Shown here one piece after another: positions 45,691 to 55,378 of a stretch of 64,000 bases of DNA. The notes beneath the pieces are model-generated. The model saw only the letters and a program-made list of their open reading frames with translations. It did no database searches and was not told the DNA's origin. The DNA is taken from positions 160,001 to 224,000 of the forward strand of contig JBCCHT010000004.1 in assembly GCA_039028615.1 (NCBI GenBank). Direction: 5' to 3'. This DNA is from Myxococcota bacterium (GTDB lineage: Bacteria > Myxococcota_A > Polyangia > Nannocystales > Nannocystaceae). The translations under genes were made by a program, and so were the position numbers. The first letter of the stretch is position 1. Each line of letters starts with the position of its first letter.

Positions 45691-47877
45691 ATGCTTCGGC
45701 TTCGTTTTCATGTTTTCGGCCTCGCTTCATTGGCGCTTTGCGCCTGCGGTGGGGATGACGGTGTGCCGGCAACTTCTGTCGGTGCGAGCAGCGATGGAGG
45801 TCCCGTGACCTCCGACGGCACCACTTCGGGAGGCACCGAGACCGGCAACGGTTCGGGAGTCGCGACCCTGGGTTCGGGCGGCAACTCGGCCGGCGCCACT
45901 GCGGCCGACGACACCACGGGTGCATCCGCGAGCGGAGACGGAGCCGACGACGGTGCGGACCCGGGTCCCGTGCCCGGTCGCTTCCCCGGCCTCGAGCTCG
46001 GCCTGTGTGCCCCTCCGGGCGCGGTTCGTTATTGCTACACGGGCTCGCCCACGACGTATGGCGTCGGCGAGTGCACCCCGGGTACGCAGCAGTGCCAAGC
46101 GCTCGACCTCGACGTCGGCGAGTGGGGTCCCTGCGAGGGCGAGACCTTGCCCACCATGGAGGTCTGCGACGGCACCGACAACGACTGCAATGCCGAGGTC
46201 GACGAAGGCCTGGGCACCACCGTGTGCGGACTCGGCTTGTGTGAGCACGAGGTCGAGAACTGCTTCGACGGCGAAGAGCAGCTGTGTGATCCCTTCGAGG
46301 GAGCCACCCCCGAGGTCTGCGATGGCATCGACAACGATTGCGACGCGGACATCGACGACGGCCTGAGCGAAGAGCAGATCACCTGCGGCGTCGGGGTCTG
46401 CGAGCACAGCGTGGCCGCGTGCGTCGACGGCATGCCGATGGAGTGCGACCCCTTCGAGGGCGCGGGCCCGGAGACCTGCGACGATCTCGACAACGACTGC
46501 GACGGCGCCACCGACGAGGGCCTCGGGGACATCACCTGCGGCTGCGGTGACTGTGAGCACACCGTGCCCGCGTGCATCAACGGCTTCCCTCAGGTCTGCG
46601 ATCCCTTCGAGGGCGCGTCCGAGGAGGTCTGCGACGGGGCCGATAACGACTGCGACTGCATCACCGACGAGGACCAGGGCAACTGGACCTGCGGCGAGAA
46701 CGAGTGCCAGGTCTCCGTGCCGACCTGCATCGAAGGCGTGCCTCAGGCCGAGAACACCTGCGTGCCGATCCCCGGCGGGCCGGAGATCTGCGGCGACGGC
46801 ATCGACAACAACTGCGATGGCATCGAGGCTTCGTGCGCCGAGACCTTCTTGGTCGGCACCGACACCGTGGCCCGTCCCATCGAGGTGATCTGGGCCGTCG
46901 ACTCCTCCGGCTCGATGGAGGACGAGATGGCCACCGTCGAGGCGGAGATCAACGCCTTCGCCTCCATGCTGGAGGCGGCCGGCTCGAGCACCCAGCTGCA
47001 CCTCATCGCCGACCGCGGCATCGAGAACTTCGAGATCTGCGTGCAGCCTCCGCTGGGCGGCCCCGGCTGCACCGACGACCCCGCCAACGGCTTTTGGCAG
47101 TACGACACCAACGGCGACGTCAACGGCGACGAGATGGTCCACTCCAGCAACGCGCTGGGCCGGATCATCCACCAGGCCCCGGTCTGGATGCCGCGGCTGC
47201 AGCCCTACGCCTACGTCGCGTTCCTCGTGACCACCGACGACAACGGTGACGATCCCGAGTGGGGCCTCGCCGACGGCGATCCCTCCGAGGTCGATGACTG
47301 CAGCAGCTTCAGCTACATCGACGACGACACCACGGGCAACGTCTGCCGCGTGGTCGGGCCCGACGGGCTCAACTACACCTCGCTCGCCTACGACCACGCC
47401 GGGCACCTGGGCTTCGCCACCTTCATGGAGAACGTGCTGCCCACCCTCGACCCCGGGGACGACTGGTCGCTGTACCCGATCATCGGCAACACCGGCACCA
47501 CCGTGCTGTCCGGGGCGGACGACGCCTACGAGTTCAACGACTGCCAGAGCAACCGCGAGGACGGCGAGGAGTTCGTCAAGCTCGCCCTGCTCACGGGCAC
47601 CGTGCCCTCGATGTTCTCGATCTGCGACGCGCCGTGGGACTTCACCTCCCTGGCCGATGCCATCATCGGCTCCGTGCCCAACGATCTGTACGTGCTCAGC
47701 GGCGTGCCCGAGGGCACCTGCCTGATGATCGACCCGGCCACCATCACCGTGACCGTCAACGGCATCCCGCTGCCGCCCACGAGCTGGAACTACGACGCTC
47801 CCTCGTGCACGATCCAGATCACCGACAACGTTCCGGGCGTCGGTGACAGCGTGAGCATCGTCTACGAGAACTTCTAG
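45691..47877 (+). CDS. Lipoprotein with five EVCDGxDNDCD (MopE-like) repeats and a VWA domain
   Basis: Lipobox LCAC; repeats; WAVDSSGSM MIDAS; C-terminal VTVNG...WNYD...PGVGDSVSIVY. Confidence 0.83.
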   Translation: MLRLRFHVFGLASLALCACGGDDGVPATSVGASSDGGPVTSDGTTSGGTETGNGSGVATLGSGGNSAGATAADDTTGASASGDGADDGADPGPVPGRFPGLELGLCAPPGAVRYCYTGSPTTYGVGECTPGTQQCQALDLDVGEWGPCEGETLPTMEVCDGTDNDCNAEVDEGLGTTVCGLGLCEHEVENCFDGEEQLCDPFEGATPEVCDGIDNDCDADIDDGLSEEQITCGVGVCEHSVAACVDGMPMECDPFEGAGPETCDDLDNDCDGATDEGLGDITCGCGDCEHTVPACINGFPQVCDPFEGASEEVCDGADNDCDCITDEDQGNWTCGENECQVSVPTCIEGVPQAENTCVPIPGGPEICGDGIDNNCDGIEASCAETFLVGTDTVARPIEVIWAVDSSGSMEDEMATVEAEINAFASMLEAAGSSTQLHLIADRGIENFEICVQPPLGGPGCTDDPANGFWQYDTNGDVNGDEMVHSSNALGRIIHQAPVWMPRLQPYAYVAFLVTTDDNGDDPEWGLADGDPSEVDDCSSFSYIDDDTTGNVCRVVGPDGLNYTSLAYDHAGHLGFATFMENVLPTLDPGDDWSLYPIIGNTGTTVLSGADDAYEFNDCQSNREDGEEFVKLALLTGTVPSMFSICDAPWDFTSLADAIIGSVPNDLYVLSGVPEGTCLMIDPATITVTVNGIPLPPTSWNYDAPSCTIQITDNVPGVGDSVSIVYENF

Positions 47878-47923
47878 CGAACGGGCCCGGCATGGCTGGT
47901 AGGCTCCCGCTGGAGCCCCGGCC

Positions 47924-48937
47924 ATGCGCGAGCTGACCTCTGTCCCCCGCCGATCCAGCGCCGACGCGCTCGTGGACCACTTGTTGGTGCACGGCATCGA
48001 AGCGCTGGTGCGCGGCGAGGACCCCTGGCAGGTCTGGGTGGTCGAGAACAGCCAGCTCGAGGACGCCAAGCAGCGATTGGCCGCGTGGAGCCCCGAGGCG
48101 GGCACCGAGGACGACAAGCGCCGCGCGGCCAAGCTGAGGCAAAAGCGCGAGCGGGAAGACGAAGCCGCAGCTCAACGGGCGGTCGATCCGCGGCGACGAT
48201 GGGAGACCCCGGAGCAGACCGGGCTCGGCCCGCTGACGATCACGCTGTGCATCGCCGCCGCCCTGGTCGGAATGGCCAGCGACTTCGGCGATCCGGGCAC
48301 CATCACCATCCAGAACCTGAGCATCGAGCCCTGGGCCTCGCACGAGCTGTTCGGTCGCGTCCGCCAGGGCGAGATCTGGCGGCTCATCACCCCGATGTTC
48401 ATCCACTTCGGGGTGCTCCACCTGGCGTTCAACGTGCTGTGGCTGTGGCGGCTGGGCCAACAGATCGAGCACAACCACGGCTTCACCATGATGGTGCTGG
48501 TGGTCCTGGCCAGCGAGATTCCCAGCTCGATCGGGCAGTACCTGCTGGTCGGGCCCAACTTCGGCGGGCTGTCGGGGGTGGTCTACGGCGTGTTCGGCTT
48601 CGTGTGGATGTACGCCCGCTACGACCGACGCCGCGGCTATGCCATCAGCGACCGCGACTCGGTGCTCATCATGCTGTGGTTCGTCGCGTGCGCGACGGGG
48701 CTGTTCGGGCCCATCGCCAACATCGGGCACGCGGGCGGGCTGATCGCAGGGCTGCTGCTCGGGTTGCCGCCCTATGTACGCCAGCTCCGCGCGCAAAGCG
48801 AGGGTCCCAAGTCCGACGGCAACGACTGGGCGAGCGTGCACGGCAGCGGGGCGCGGCGCATCTTTCGACGCGTCGTGACCCCCTACGTGCCCCTGTGGTT
48901 CATGCTGCTGGCGATCGTGGTCATCGCGGTCGACTGA
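47924..48937 (+). CDS. Rhomboid family intramembrane serine protease (GlpG-like)
   Basis: GEIWRLITP.FIH...HL.FN, FGGLSGVVYG (catalytic Ser), ANIGHAGGL (His); soluble N-domain. Confidence 0.92.
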   Translation: MRELTSVPRRSSADALVDHLLVHGIEALVRGEDPWQVWVVENSQLEDAKQRLAAWSPEAGTEDDKRRAAKLRQKREREDEAAAQRAVDPRRRWETPEQTGLGPLTITLCIAAALVGMASDFGDPGTITIQNLSIEPWASHELFGRVRQGEIWRLITPMFIHFGVLHLAFNVLWLWRLGQQIEHNHGFTMMVLVVLASEIPSSIGQYLLVGPNFGGLSGVVYGVFGFVWMYARYDRRRGYAISDRDSVLIMLWFVACATGLFGPIANIGHAGGLIAGLLLGLPPYVRQLRAQSEGPKSDGNDWASVHGSGARRIFRRVVTPYVPLWFMLLAIVVIAVD

Positions 48938-48943
48938 GCGGGC

Positions 48944-49891
48944 TCAGCCCCCGCCCAGGCCCATCGCGTCGACGTCGGCGCAGCTCAGGGGGAAGACCGT
49001 TGGCCGCTCGCTGCGATCGGCCAGGCGCACCGCGGCAAAGGTCGAGCCCTCCAAGGAGGCCATGATGGGAGAGGTGACGTTGCCGCTGAGCGTGCCGCAC
49101 CAGGCCGCCTGGCTTCGAACCTCACCGTCGAGCACGGCCTCGAGCTCGATGTCCGACCCGGTGATCGGATTGGCAGCCCCCGTGACCTGAACCATGCCCA
49201 AGTCGAGCTCGAAGGTCATGTCGGCGACCTCGGTCATCACCAACAGCGGGTCGCCCACTTCTTCGCGCGGGGTATCGGTGCTGCCCACGTCGAGCGACAG
49301 CGGCTGCAGCTCGAACATCGCGGTGCCGTTGCCCGCGTCGTTGAAGTCGGTGGTGACCTCGGCGATGAACTGAAACGGCAAGCCCGGCGCGACGATGCTG
49401 TCGAGGGCGAGCAAGTAGGTCCCGGTCAGCAGGTCCTCGACGGGCGGATCGTCCTTGTCGCCACAGAGCCCGGAGCCCAAATTGCAGGTGGCGCCGAAGC
49501 ACTCGGAGTCGTCGCGGCAGTCCCAGCAGGCCATCTCGTCGAGGTCGAGCTGCCACAGGTTGCGGCGGGCATCGATGCACGCCTGCGAGCACACGGCCAG
49601 CGTGTCCGGGGTCCAGCAGCTTCCCTCCGGGCCGTACTGCTCCACGGCTTGGCCGACCTGCGCCGGATCTACCGCGGCCACGCACTCGATGTAGCGCGCA
49701 CATACGCCGGCTTGGTCAACATCCTCGGTGGGCACGGTCGCGGTCTCGTCCGCCCCGTCGTCGGTGCTGGTGTTGGCTTCACCCGAGTCGCCCGAGCCCG
49801 CCGCGTCACTCGGGCTGGGCTCGGCGCTGCAGGCCAACCCCAGCGACACCCCTCCGAGGGCCATGACACCAATCAGTCTAGATAAGTTCAT
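48944..49891 (-). CDS. Hypothetical Cys-rich lipoprotein
   Basis: Lipobox GLAC; C..YI.C...YG..GSCW...C..AC domain and a beta-rich C-domain. Confidence 0.7.
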   Translation of the reverse strand: MNLSRLIGVMALGGVSLGLACSAEPSPSDAAGSGDSGEANTSTDDGADETATVPTEDVDQAGVCARYIECVAAVDPAQVGQAVEQYGPEGSCWTPDTLAVCSQACIDARRNLWQLDLDEMACWDCRDDSECFGATCNLGSGLCGDKDDPPVEDLLTGTYLLALDSIVAPGLPFQFIAEVTTDFNDAGNGTAMFELQPLSLDVGSTDTPREEVGDPLLVMTEVADMTFELDLGMVQVTGAANPITGSDIELEAVLDGEVRSQAAWCGTLSGNVTSPIMASLEGSTFAAVRLADRSERPTVFPLSCADVDAMGLGGG

Positions 49892-49956
49892 GCCTCATCG
49901 TGGCAAAGACCTCCTGCGCCGTAAAGGACGCGGGGGCGCCCGACCGAGGCGATTGG

Positions 49957-51186
49957 CTACAGCAAGGCTCCCGCCACGCAGGCGGACGCGAAGTTGGACA
50001 GCGTGGCAGCGATGAGCGCCCGGACACCGAGCCGGGCGATGTCTTGCTTGCGCGAAGGCGCCAGCCCCCCGAGCCCACCGATGAGGATCCCGATGCTCGA
50101 GATGCTCGAGAACCCGGTGATGGCAAAGGTGGTGATCGCCTGCGAGCGCGCGGAGAGCTGGCCGCCGAGCTCGCGGATCATGTCGAACGCATAGAGTTCG
50201 TTGAGCACCACCCGGGTGCCCAGCACGCTGCCCACCGACTGCGCTTCCTCCAGCGGCACGCCCATCAGCAAGGCCACGGGGAAGAACAGCCACCCCATGA
50301 AGCGCTCGAGGGTCAGCGGCTCGCCGCCGACGGGGATGACGCCCAGCATGACGTTGATGAGCGCGACCAAGGCCACGAAGGCGATGAGCATGGCGCCGAC
50401 GTTGAGCGCGAGCTTGAGCCCGTCGCTCGCCCCGCTGGCCGCCGCATCGAGCACGTTGACGTCGGTCTTGGGGATGTCGACGTCGATGGTGCCCATGGTC
50501 TCGGGCGTGCCCGTCTCCGGCACCATCAGCTTGGCCATGACGATGGAGACGGGGGCGGTCATGGCCACCGCGGTGAGCAGGTGGGCAATGGGCACCCCGC
50601 CGATCGCCACGTAGGCCCCGAGGATCGCCCCGGACACCGAGGCCATGCCCGCGACCATCACCACGAACAGCTCGGACTCGGTGAGTCGATCCAAAAACGG
50701 CTTGATGGTGAGCGGCGCCTCGGTCTGGCCCATGAACACGCTGGCCGCCACCGACAGCGACTCGGCCCCGCTGGTGCCCATGGTCCGCATCATGATCCAG
50801 GCCAGCCCGCGCACGATGAGCTGCATGATCCCCAGGTAGTAGAGGATGGAGAACAGCGAGGCGATGAACACGATGGTGGGCAGCACCTGAAACGCGAAGA
50901 TCGTGCCGAGCCCCGAGCCCTCGCCCCCCTTGGCTCCGAGCGAGGCGAACACGAACTCCGAGCCCTTGTAGCTCTGGTCGAGCACGGACTGCACGACCGC
51001 GGAGGCCCCCGCCAGCAGATCGCGCCCTTGGGGCAAGCGCAGCAGCAGCAGACCCATGGCCCACTGCAAGCCGACGCCCCACAGCACCAGGCGAAGCTTG
51101 ACGCTGCCGCGGTGCCTCGACAGGGCATAGGCCACGCCGACCATGGCCAGCGCGCCAACGATGGAGACGAGGCGGGAGGGATCCAC
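49957..51186 (-). CDS. nupC: Concentrative nucleoside transporter (CNT/NupC family)
   Basis: FAFQVLPTIVF, FMGQTEAPL, GMASVSG, VGAMLIAFVAL, NELYA, ATLSNF.SA; start uncertain (GTG 51186 or 51204). Confidence 0.93.
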   Translation of the reverse strand: MDPSRLVSIVGALAMVGVAYALSRHRGSVKLRLVLWGVGLQWAMGLLLLRLPQGRDLLAGASAVVQSVLDQSYKGSEFVFASLGAKGGEGSGLGTIFAFQVLPTIVFIASLFSILYYLGIMQLIVRGLAWIMMRTMGTSGAESLSVAASVFMGQTEAPLTIKPFLDRLTESELFVVMVAGMASVSGAILGAYVAIGGVPIAHLLTAVAMTAPVSIVMAKLMVPETGTPETMGTIDVDIPKTDVNVLDAAASGASDGLKLALNVGAMLIAFVALVALINVMLGVIPVGGEPLTLERFMGWLFFPVALLMGVPLEEAQSVGSVLGTRVVLNELYAFDMIRELGGQLSARSQAITTFAITGFSSISSIGILIGGLGGLAPSRKQDIARLGVRALIAATLSNFASACVAGALL

Positions 51187-51242
51187 GATGGTCGGTGGTA
51201 CCACGGAACCGAGGCCAATGAGGCATAATCGCGCCTGCGGCC

Positions 51243-53987
51243 ATGCTCAGCTTCGTGCGTGCGACAGCGATGGGGCTCGTCATCGGGTCCTTTTTGGGCG
51301 TGGGCTTGGCCGGCCCACGACCCGCTGCGGCCGAGCCGTCGACGGAGCAGGCCCCGCCCGAGATCGAGCCGCCGCAGCTCCGCGAAGGGGTGAGCATCGA
51401 CTATCCGGCCGAGGCGGCGCAGCTCGATCCACGCCCGGCGGGGCGAGTGACCGTGGAGGTGACGATCGGCGTCGACGGTATTCCGCGTGAACCCGTGGTC
51501 GTGACCGGAGTGCATCCGCTGCTCGACGAGGCGGCGGTCGAAGCGGTCGTGCAGCTGCGTTACGACCCCGCGCGGTGGCAAGGACGCGAGGTCGAGGTGG
51601 TGGTGCCGATCCCCATCGATTTCGAGCCGCCGCCCCTTCCCGCCCCGACACCCGAGCCCGCCGAGGCAGGGCCCGAGCCCGCTGAGGCCGAGCCCGAGCC
51701 CGCGGAGGCCGAATCGACGACCGACGACGAAGACCAACCGATAGGCCCTCTGCGGCTTTCGGGGCAACTGCTCGAGGCCGGGCAACGCACGCCGCTGCCC
51801 GATGCCCGCATCATCGTGATCCCGGCCGACGCGGACGCGAAGCTCGGACCCGTCCGCCGCCAAGACTATCGGCCCGCGCCGCCGCCCGAGTGGCAAGAGC
51901 GCGCGACCACGGACGAGCAAGGCCGCTTCACCTTCCACGGCGTGCCCGACGGCAAGGTACGAGTCATCGTGCTGCTCGAGGGTTTCGAACGCCTCGAGGT
52001 CGTCGAAGAGCTCGCCCCGCGCCAGGCGCTGAGCGTCCGCTACTACGCGCGTCGTCTCGAAGACAATCCCTACCGCACCGTCGTCGAGGGCGATCGCATC
52101 GAACGCGAAGAGGTCACGCGACGAACGATCACCACCGAGGAGATCCGCAACCTCCCCGGCACCCAAGGCGACGCCCTCAAGGCGATTCAGAACTTCCCCG
52201 GCATCGCCCGCGCGCCCGTCGGCATCGGCCTGCTCGTCATCCGCGGCTCGGACCCCACCGACTCGGCCGTGTTCCTGGCCGAGCACGAGATTCCCCAGCT
52301 GTTCCACTTCGGCGGGATCACCAGCGTCTTCAACTCCGACGTCCTGGACAAGATCGACTTCATCCCCGGCAACTTCGACGCCCGCTACGGCGACGCGATC
52401 GGCGGGGTCGTGGACGTCACGCCCCGCAAGGGCCGACGCGACGGCTACCACGGCTATATCGACAGCGATCTGTTCGACACCGGGGTGCTCGCCGAGGGGC
52501 CCGTGGGCAAGGGCTCGTTCGTCCTCAGCGGGCGCCGCAGCTACATCGACCTGCTGCTGCCCGCCGTCATCCCCGACGACGCCGGGCTCGACGTGGCGGT
52601 GGCCCCCCGCTACTACGACTACCAGGCGCTGTTCGACTATCCCGTCTCCGAGGGCAACCTCTCCGCCAAGGTCTTCGGGTCCAACGATCAAACCCGGCTC
52701 ATCGCCGCGAGCCCCAACGACATCGAGCCCAGCGACCGCGACCAGTTCGAGACCTCGCTGGTCTTCCACCGCGCCGACCTGGCCTATACCCGCCGCGAGG
52801 GGCCCTGGGAGTTCCTCGTCACTCCGTCGTATCGCTACGACGACATCGGCGCGGCAGCGGGCGGGCTGTTCCGGTTTCGACTGATCTCCCACAGCCTCTC
52901 CGGCCGCGCCGAGATCGGCTACCGCCCGAGCCCGAAGTTCTACTGGGGCGTGGGGGCGCAGGCCTTCGGCGGGCGGCTCGAGATCGACGCCGAGTCGGTC
53001 CCCGTGCCGACCCCGGGCGCAGGCGGCAACGGGACCAGCCTCGTCCTGACCTCGCGCGAGCGCTTCTTCTCACCGTCGCTTTACACCACCTTCGTGATGC
53101 ACGTGGGGCCGCGGCTGGTGCTCTATCCCAGCGTTCGGCTCACGCAGTACTCGCTGCTGTTTCGGCAGATGACCACCGACCCGCGCTTTCGCTTCGCGTG
53201 GCAGCTGGGCGACCGCACCAGCCTCAAGGGCGGCGTGGGCCTGTATTCGCAGATCCCCGACTTCCCCGAGTGGAACCCCCGCTTCGGCAACCCGCGGGTC
53301 CTGCCCGAGCGAGCCTTCCACGCCAGCGCCTCGCTCGGCCGCGACTTCGTGCACGACATCCGCGTGGAGGTGACCGGCTTTTACAAGTACCTGTGGGACA
53401 TCGCCGCGCCCTCGACCAACCTGGTCATCCGCGACAACGGCCAGGTCGGCCTGGAGAACTTCGACAGCACGGGCCTCGGTCGGATCTACGGTGGTGAGTT
53501 CTTCGTGCGCAAAGCCCTGACCCGCAACGTGTTCGGCTGGCTGTCGTATACGCTGTCCCGCTCCGATCGCCGCCCCAACCCCTCGGAGGAGTTCCGCGTC
53601 TTCGACCTCGACCAGACCCACATCCTGACCTTGATCGGCGTGTACCGCTTGCCCAAGGGCTGGCAGGTCGGCGCTCGCTTTCGAGTCGTCTCGGGCAACC
53701 CGTTCACCCCGGCCGTGGGCGGCACCTTCGATGCGAGCAGCGGCGGCTACATCCCAATCTCGGGCGCCCCCAACTCCGAGCGCATGCCCATGTTCCACCA
53801 GCTCGATCTACGCGTCGACAAGCGCTTCGTGTGGAAGCGCGTCAGCCTGACCACCTACCTCGACGTGCAGAACGTCTACAACCGCCAAAATGCCGAGTTC
53901 GTGAACTATGCCTACGACTTCTCGGCCTTCAGCATCATCCCCTCGCTGCCCATCATCCCCTCGGTGGGGGTGAAGCTCGAGTTCTGA
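51243..53987 (+). CDS. TonB-dependent receptor with N-terminal TonB C-terminal domain
   Basis: YPAEA...V.V.I..DG...LDEAA..AV...Y.PA (TonB_C); carboxypeptidase-regulatory-like domain; plug PG..GD...LFHFGG...PGNF.ARYG; barrel ending KLEF. Confidence 0.9.
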   Translation: MLSFVRATAMGLVIGSFLGVGLAGPRPAAAEPSTEQAPPEIEPPQLREGVSIDYPAEAAQLDPRPAGRVTVEVTIGVDGIPREPVVVTGVHPLLDEAAVEAVVQLRYDPARWQGREVEVVVPIPIDFEPPPLPAPTPEPAEAGPEPAEAEPEPAEAESTTDDEDQPIGPLRLSGQLLEAGQRTPLPDARIIVIPADADAKLGPVRRQDYRPAPPPEWQERATTDEQGRFTFHGVPDGKVRVIVLLEGFERLEVVEELAPRQALSVRYYARRLEDNPYRTVVEGDRIEREEVTRRTITTEEIRNLPGTQGDALKAIQNFPGIARAPVGIGLLVIRGSDPTDSAVFLAEHEIPQLFHFGGITSVFNSDVLDKIDFIPGNFDARYGDAIGGVVDVTPRKGRRDGYHGYIDSDLFDTGVLAEGPVGKGSFVLSGRRSYIDLLLPAVIPDDAGLDVAVAPRYYDYQALFDYPVSEGNLSAKVFGSNDQTRLIAASPNDIEPSDRDQFETSLVFHRADLAYTRREGPWEFLVTPSYRYDDIGAAAGGLFRFRLISHSLSGRAEIGYRPSPKFYWGVGAQAFGGRLEIDAESVPVPTPGAGGNGTSLVLTSRERFFSPSLYTTFVMHVGPRLVLYPSVRLTQYSLLFRQMTTDPRFRFAWQLGDRTSLKGGVGLYSQIPDFPEWNPRFGNPRVLPERAFHASASLGRDFVHDIRVEVTGFYKYLWDIAAPSTNLVIRDNGQVGLENFDSTGLGRIYGGEFFVRKALTRNVFGWLSYTLSRSDRRPNPSEEFRVFDLDQTHILTLIGVYRLPKGWQVGARFRVVSGNPFTPAVGGTFDASSGGYIPISGAPNSERMPMFHQLDLRVDKRFVWKRVSLTTYLDVQNVYNRQNAEFVNYAYDFSAFSIIPSLPIIPSVGVKLEF

Positions 53988-53996
53988 GCGGGGCGT

Positions 53997-55355
53997 TCAC
54001 GGGGCGGCTTCGGCCAGCAGCTGCTCCATCAATGCTTCGTGGTCGCGTTTGAGTTCGTCGTAGGCCGCGCCCGTGGCTGGCCCGGAGAAGCCGCTGTAGA
54101 TCTTGCGCACCGTGCCGTCGCGGCCGATGAACAGCGTCGTCGGGTACGCCGCGACCTTCGACAGATCGGGCAGCGACTCGCTCGCGCCCTTCTTGCCGCT
54201 CGTGCCCCCCAGCACCAGCGGATACTTCACGTCGTAGCGCTTCGCGTAGCGCCGCAGCATCTCCATGTCGTCGGCTTCGTCGCCCGTGAACTCGTAGGCG
54301 ATGCCCACCATCTCGAGCCCTTGCTCGCGGTACTTGGCGTACCACTGGCTCATCAGCGGCGCCTGGTCGTTGCAGTTGGGGCACCAGGTCCCGAAGATCT
54401 CGGCCACCACCACCTTGCCCGCGAACCGGTCGTCGTCGTTGTTCAGCCGACCGCCGCCGAGCATGGGGAAGTCGAAGCGAAAGCGCCGATCGTCCGCGGT
54501 CATGCTGACGATCTCGTAGGGGTCGGCCAGGCCCGCGGCGCCCTCGCCCTCCACCGGGTCCCCAAGGAAGGTCGCGTGATAGGTGTCGCGCGACCAAAAG
54601 TGCCCGTCGCGAAGCGCCCCGTCTTCGACCGTGGCCCGAAACAGAAACGCGTGGGCGCCATCGAAGACCGAGAGCATGAGCTGGTCCCCCGCGACCACGC
54701 CTTCGAGGAACCGATAGTCCCCCGTGTCGGTGGTGATCGTCCCCTCGATGGTGGACTGGCTCAGGGTCTTCACCGTGCGCAGCGTGGCCACGCCCGTGTA
54801 GTTCGACCCGTCACTCTCCGCGAAGGTCAACCGCCAGCGCCCGTCGAGCGGCTGCAGCGGGGCCTCGGTGTCCGAGAAGCGCAGGCCCTCGGCCGACTTC
54901 ACCGCGGACATGCTCATCTCGGTGTACGAGTCCTTGCCGGGCGAACGCCGCCGCCACGTCCCGGACAGCGCCCCCGGTCGCGCCTCGTCGGGCCGCAGCT
55001 CCAGCGTGGAGTCGTAGTTGTCGATCTCGAGCCGCAGCGACTGCGCCCACGCGGTCACCGACGAAAAGGGCAGGCGCTCGTGCGCATCGACCAGCGCCCC
55101 ACGCTTCGCCTCGAGCTCCACAAAAAACGGCAGTTTTCCGCCCGGGGAGTCCAGCTCGAAGCGCCAGCGCCCCTGCCAGGCCCGCGGCACTGAGTGCTCG
55201 GCGACCACCTCCGGGGGCTTGATGACCGGCTTGGGCGCGACATCCGGCGGCGTCGCCTCCGTCTTCGTCTTCGGCGTCGACTCGCCCGAGCTGCTCTGCC
55301 CGGTACACCCGGCAGCGAGGAACAGAGCGAGGATTCGCGGGGCCCAGACCTTCAT
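53997..55355 (-). CDS. TlpA-like thiol-disulfide oxidoreductase lipoprotein
   Basis: Lipobox AAGC; GDYRFLEG...FDGAHAFLF N-domain; FGTWCPNC and YPTT thioredoxin fold. Confidence 0.88.
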   Translation of the reverse strand: MKVWAPRILALFLAAGCTGQSSSGESTPKTKTEATPPDVAPKPVIKPPEVVAEHSVPRAWQGRWRFELDSPGGKLPFFVELEAKRGALVDAHERLPFSSVTAWAQSLRLEIDNYDSTLELRPDEARPGALSGTWRRRSPGKDSYTEMSMSAVKSAEGLRFSDTEAPLQPLDGRWRLTFAESDGSNYTGVATLRTVKTLSQSTIEGTITTDTGDYRFLEGVVAGDQLMLSVFDGAHAFLFRATVEDGALRDGHFWSRDTYHATFLGDPVEGEGAAGLADPYEIVSMTADDRRFRFDFPMLGGGRLNNDDDRFAGKVVVAEIFGTWCPNCNDQAPLMSQWYAKYREQGLEMVGIAYEFTGDEADDMEMLRRYAKRYDVKYPLVLGGTSGKKGASESLPDLSKVAAYPTTLFIGRDGTVRKIYSGFSGPATGAAYDELKRDHEALMEQLLAEAAP

Positions 55356-55378
55356 CGCGGGCATCGTACTGCACCCCG

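Noticed and set aside
40680..46830. Regular DNA repeats suggesting an array or mobile element
   Set aside because: Fully explained by degenerate Cys-rich protein repeats
47924..48937. Rhomboid as the sortase for the MYXO-CTERM protein
   Set aside because: It is GlpG-like; MYXO-CTERM processing is attributed to a different (CPBP-type) protease family, and no GlyGly-CTERM substrate is seen
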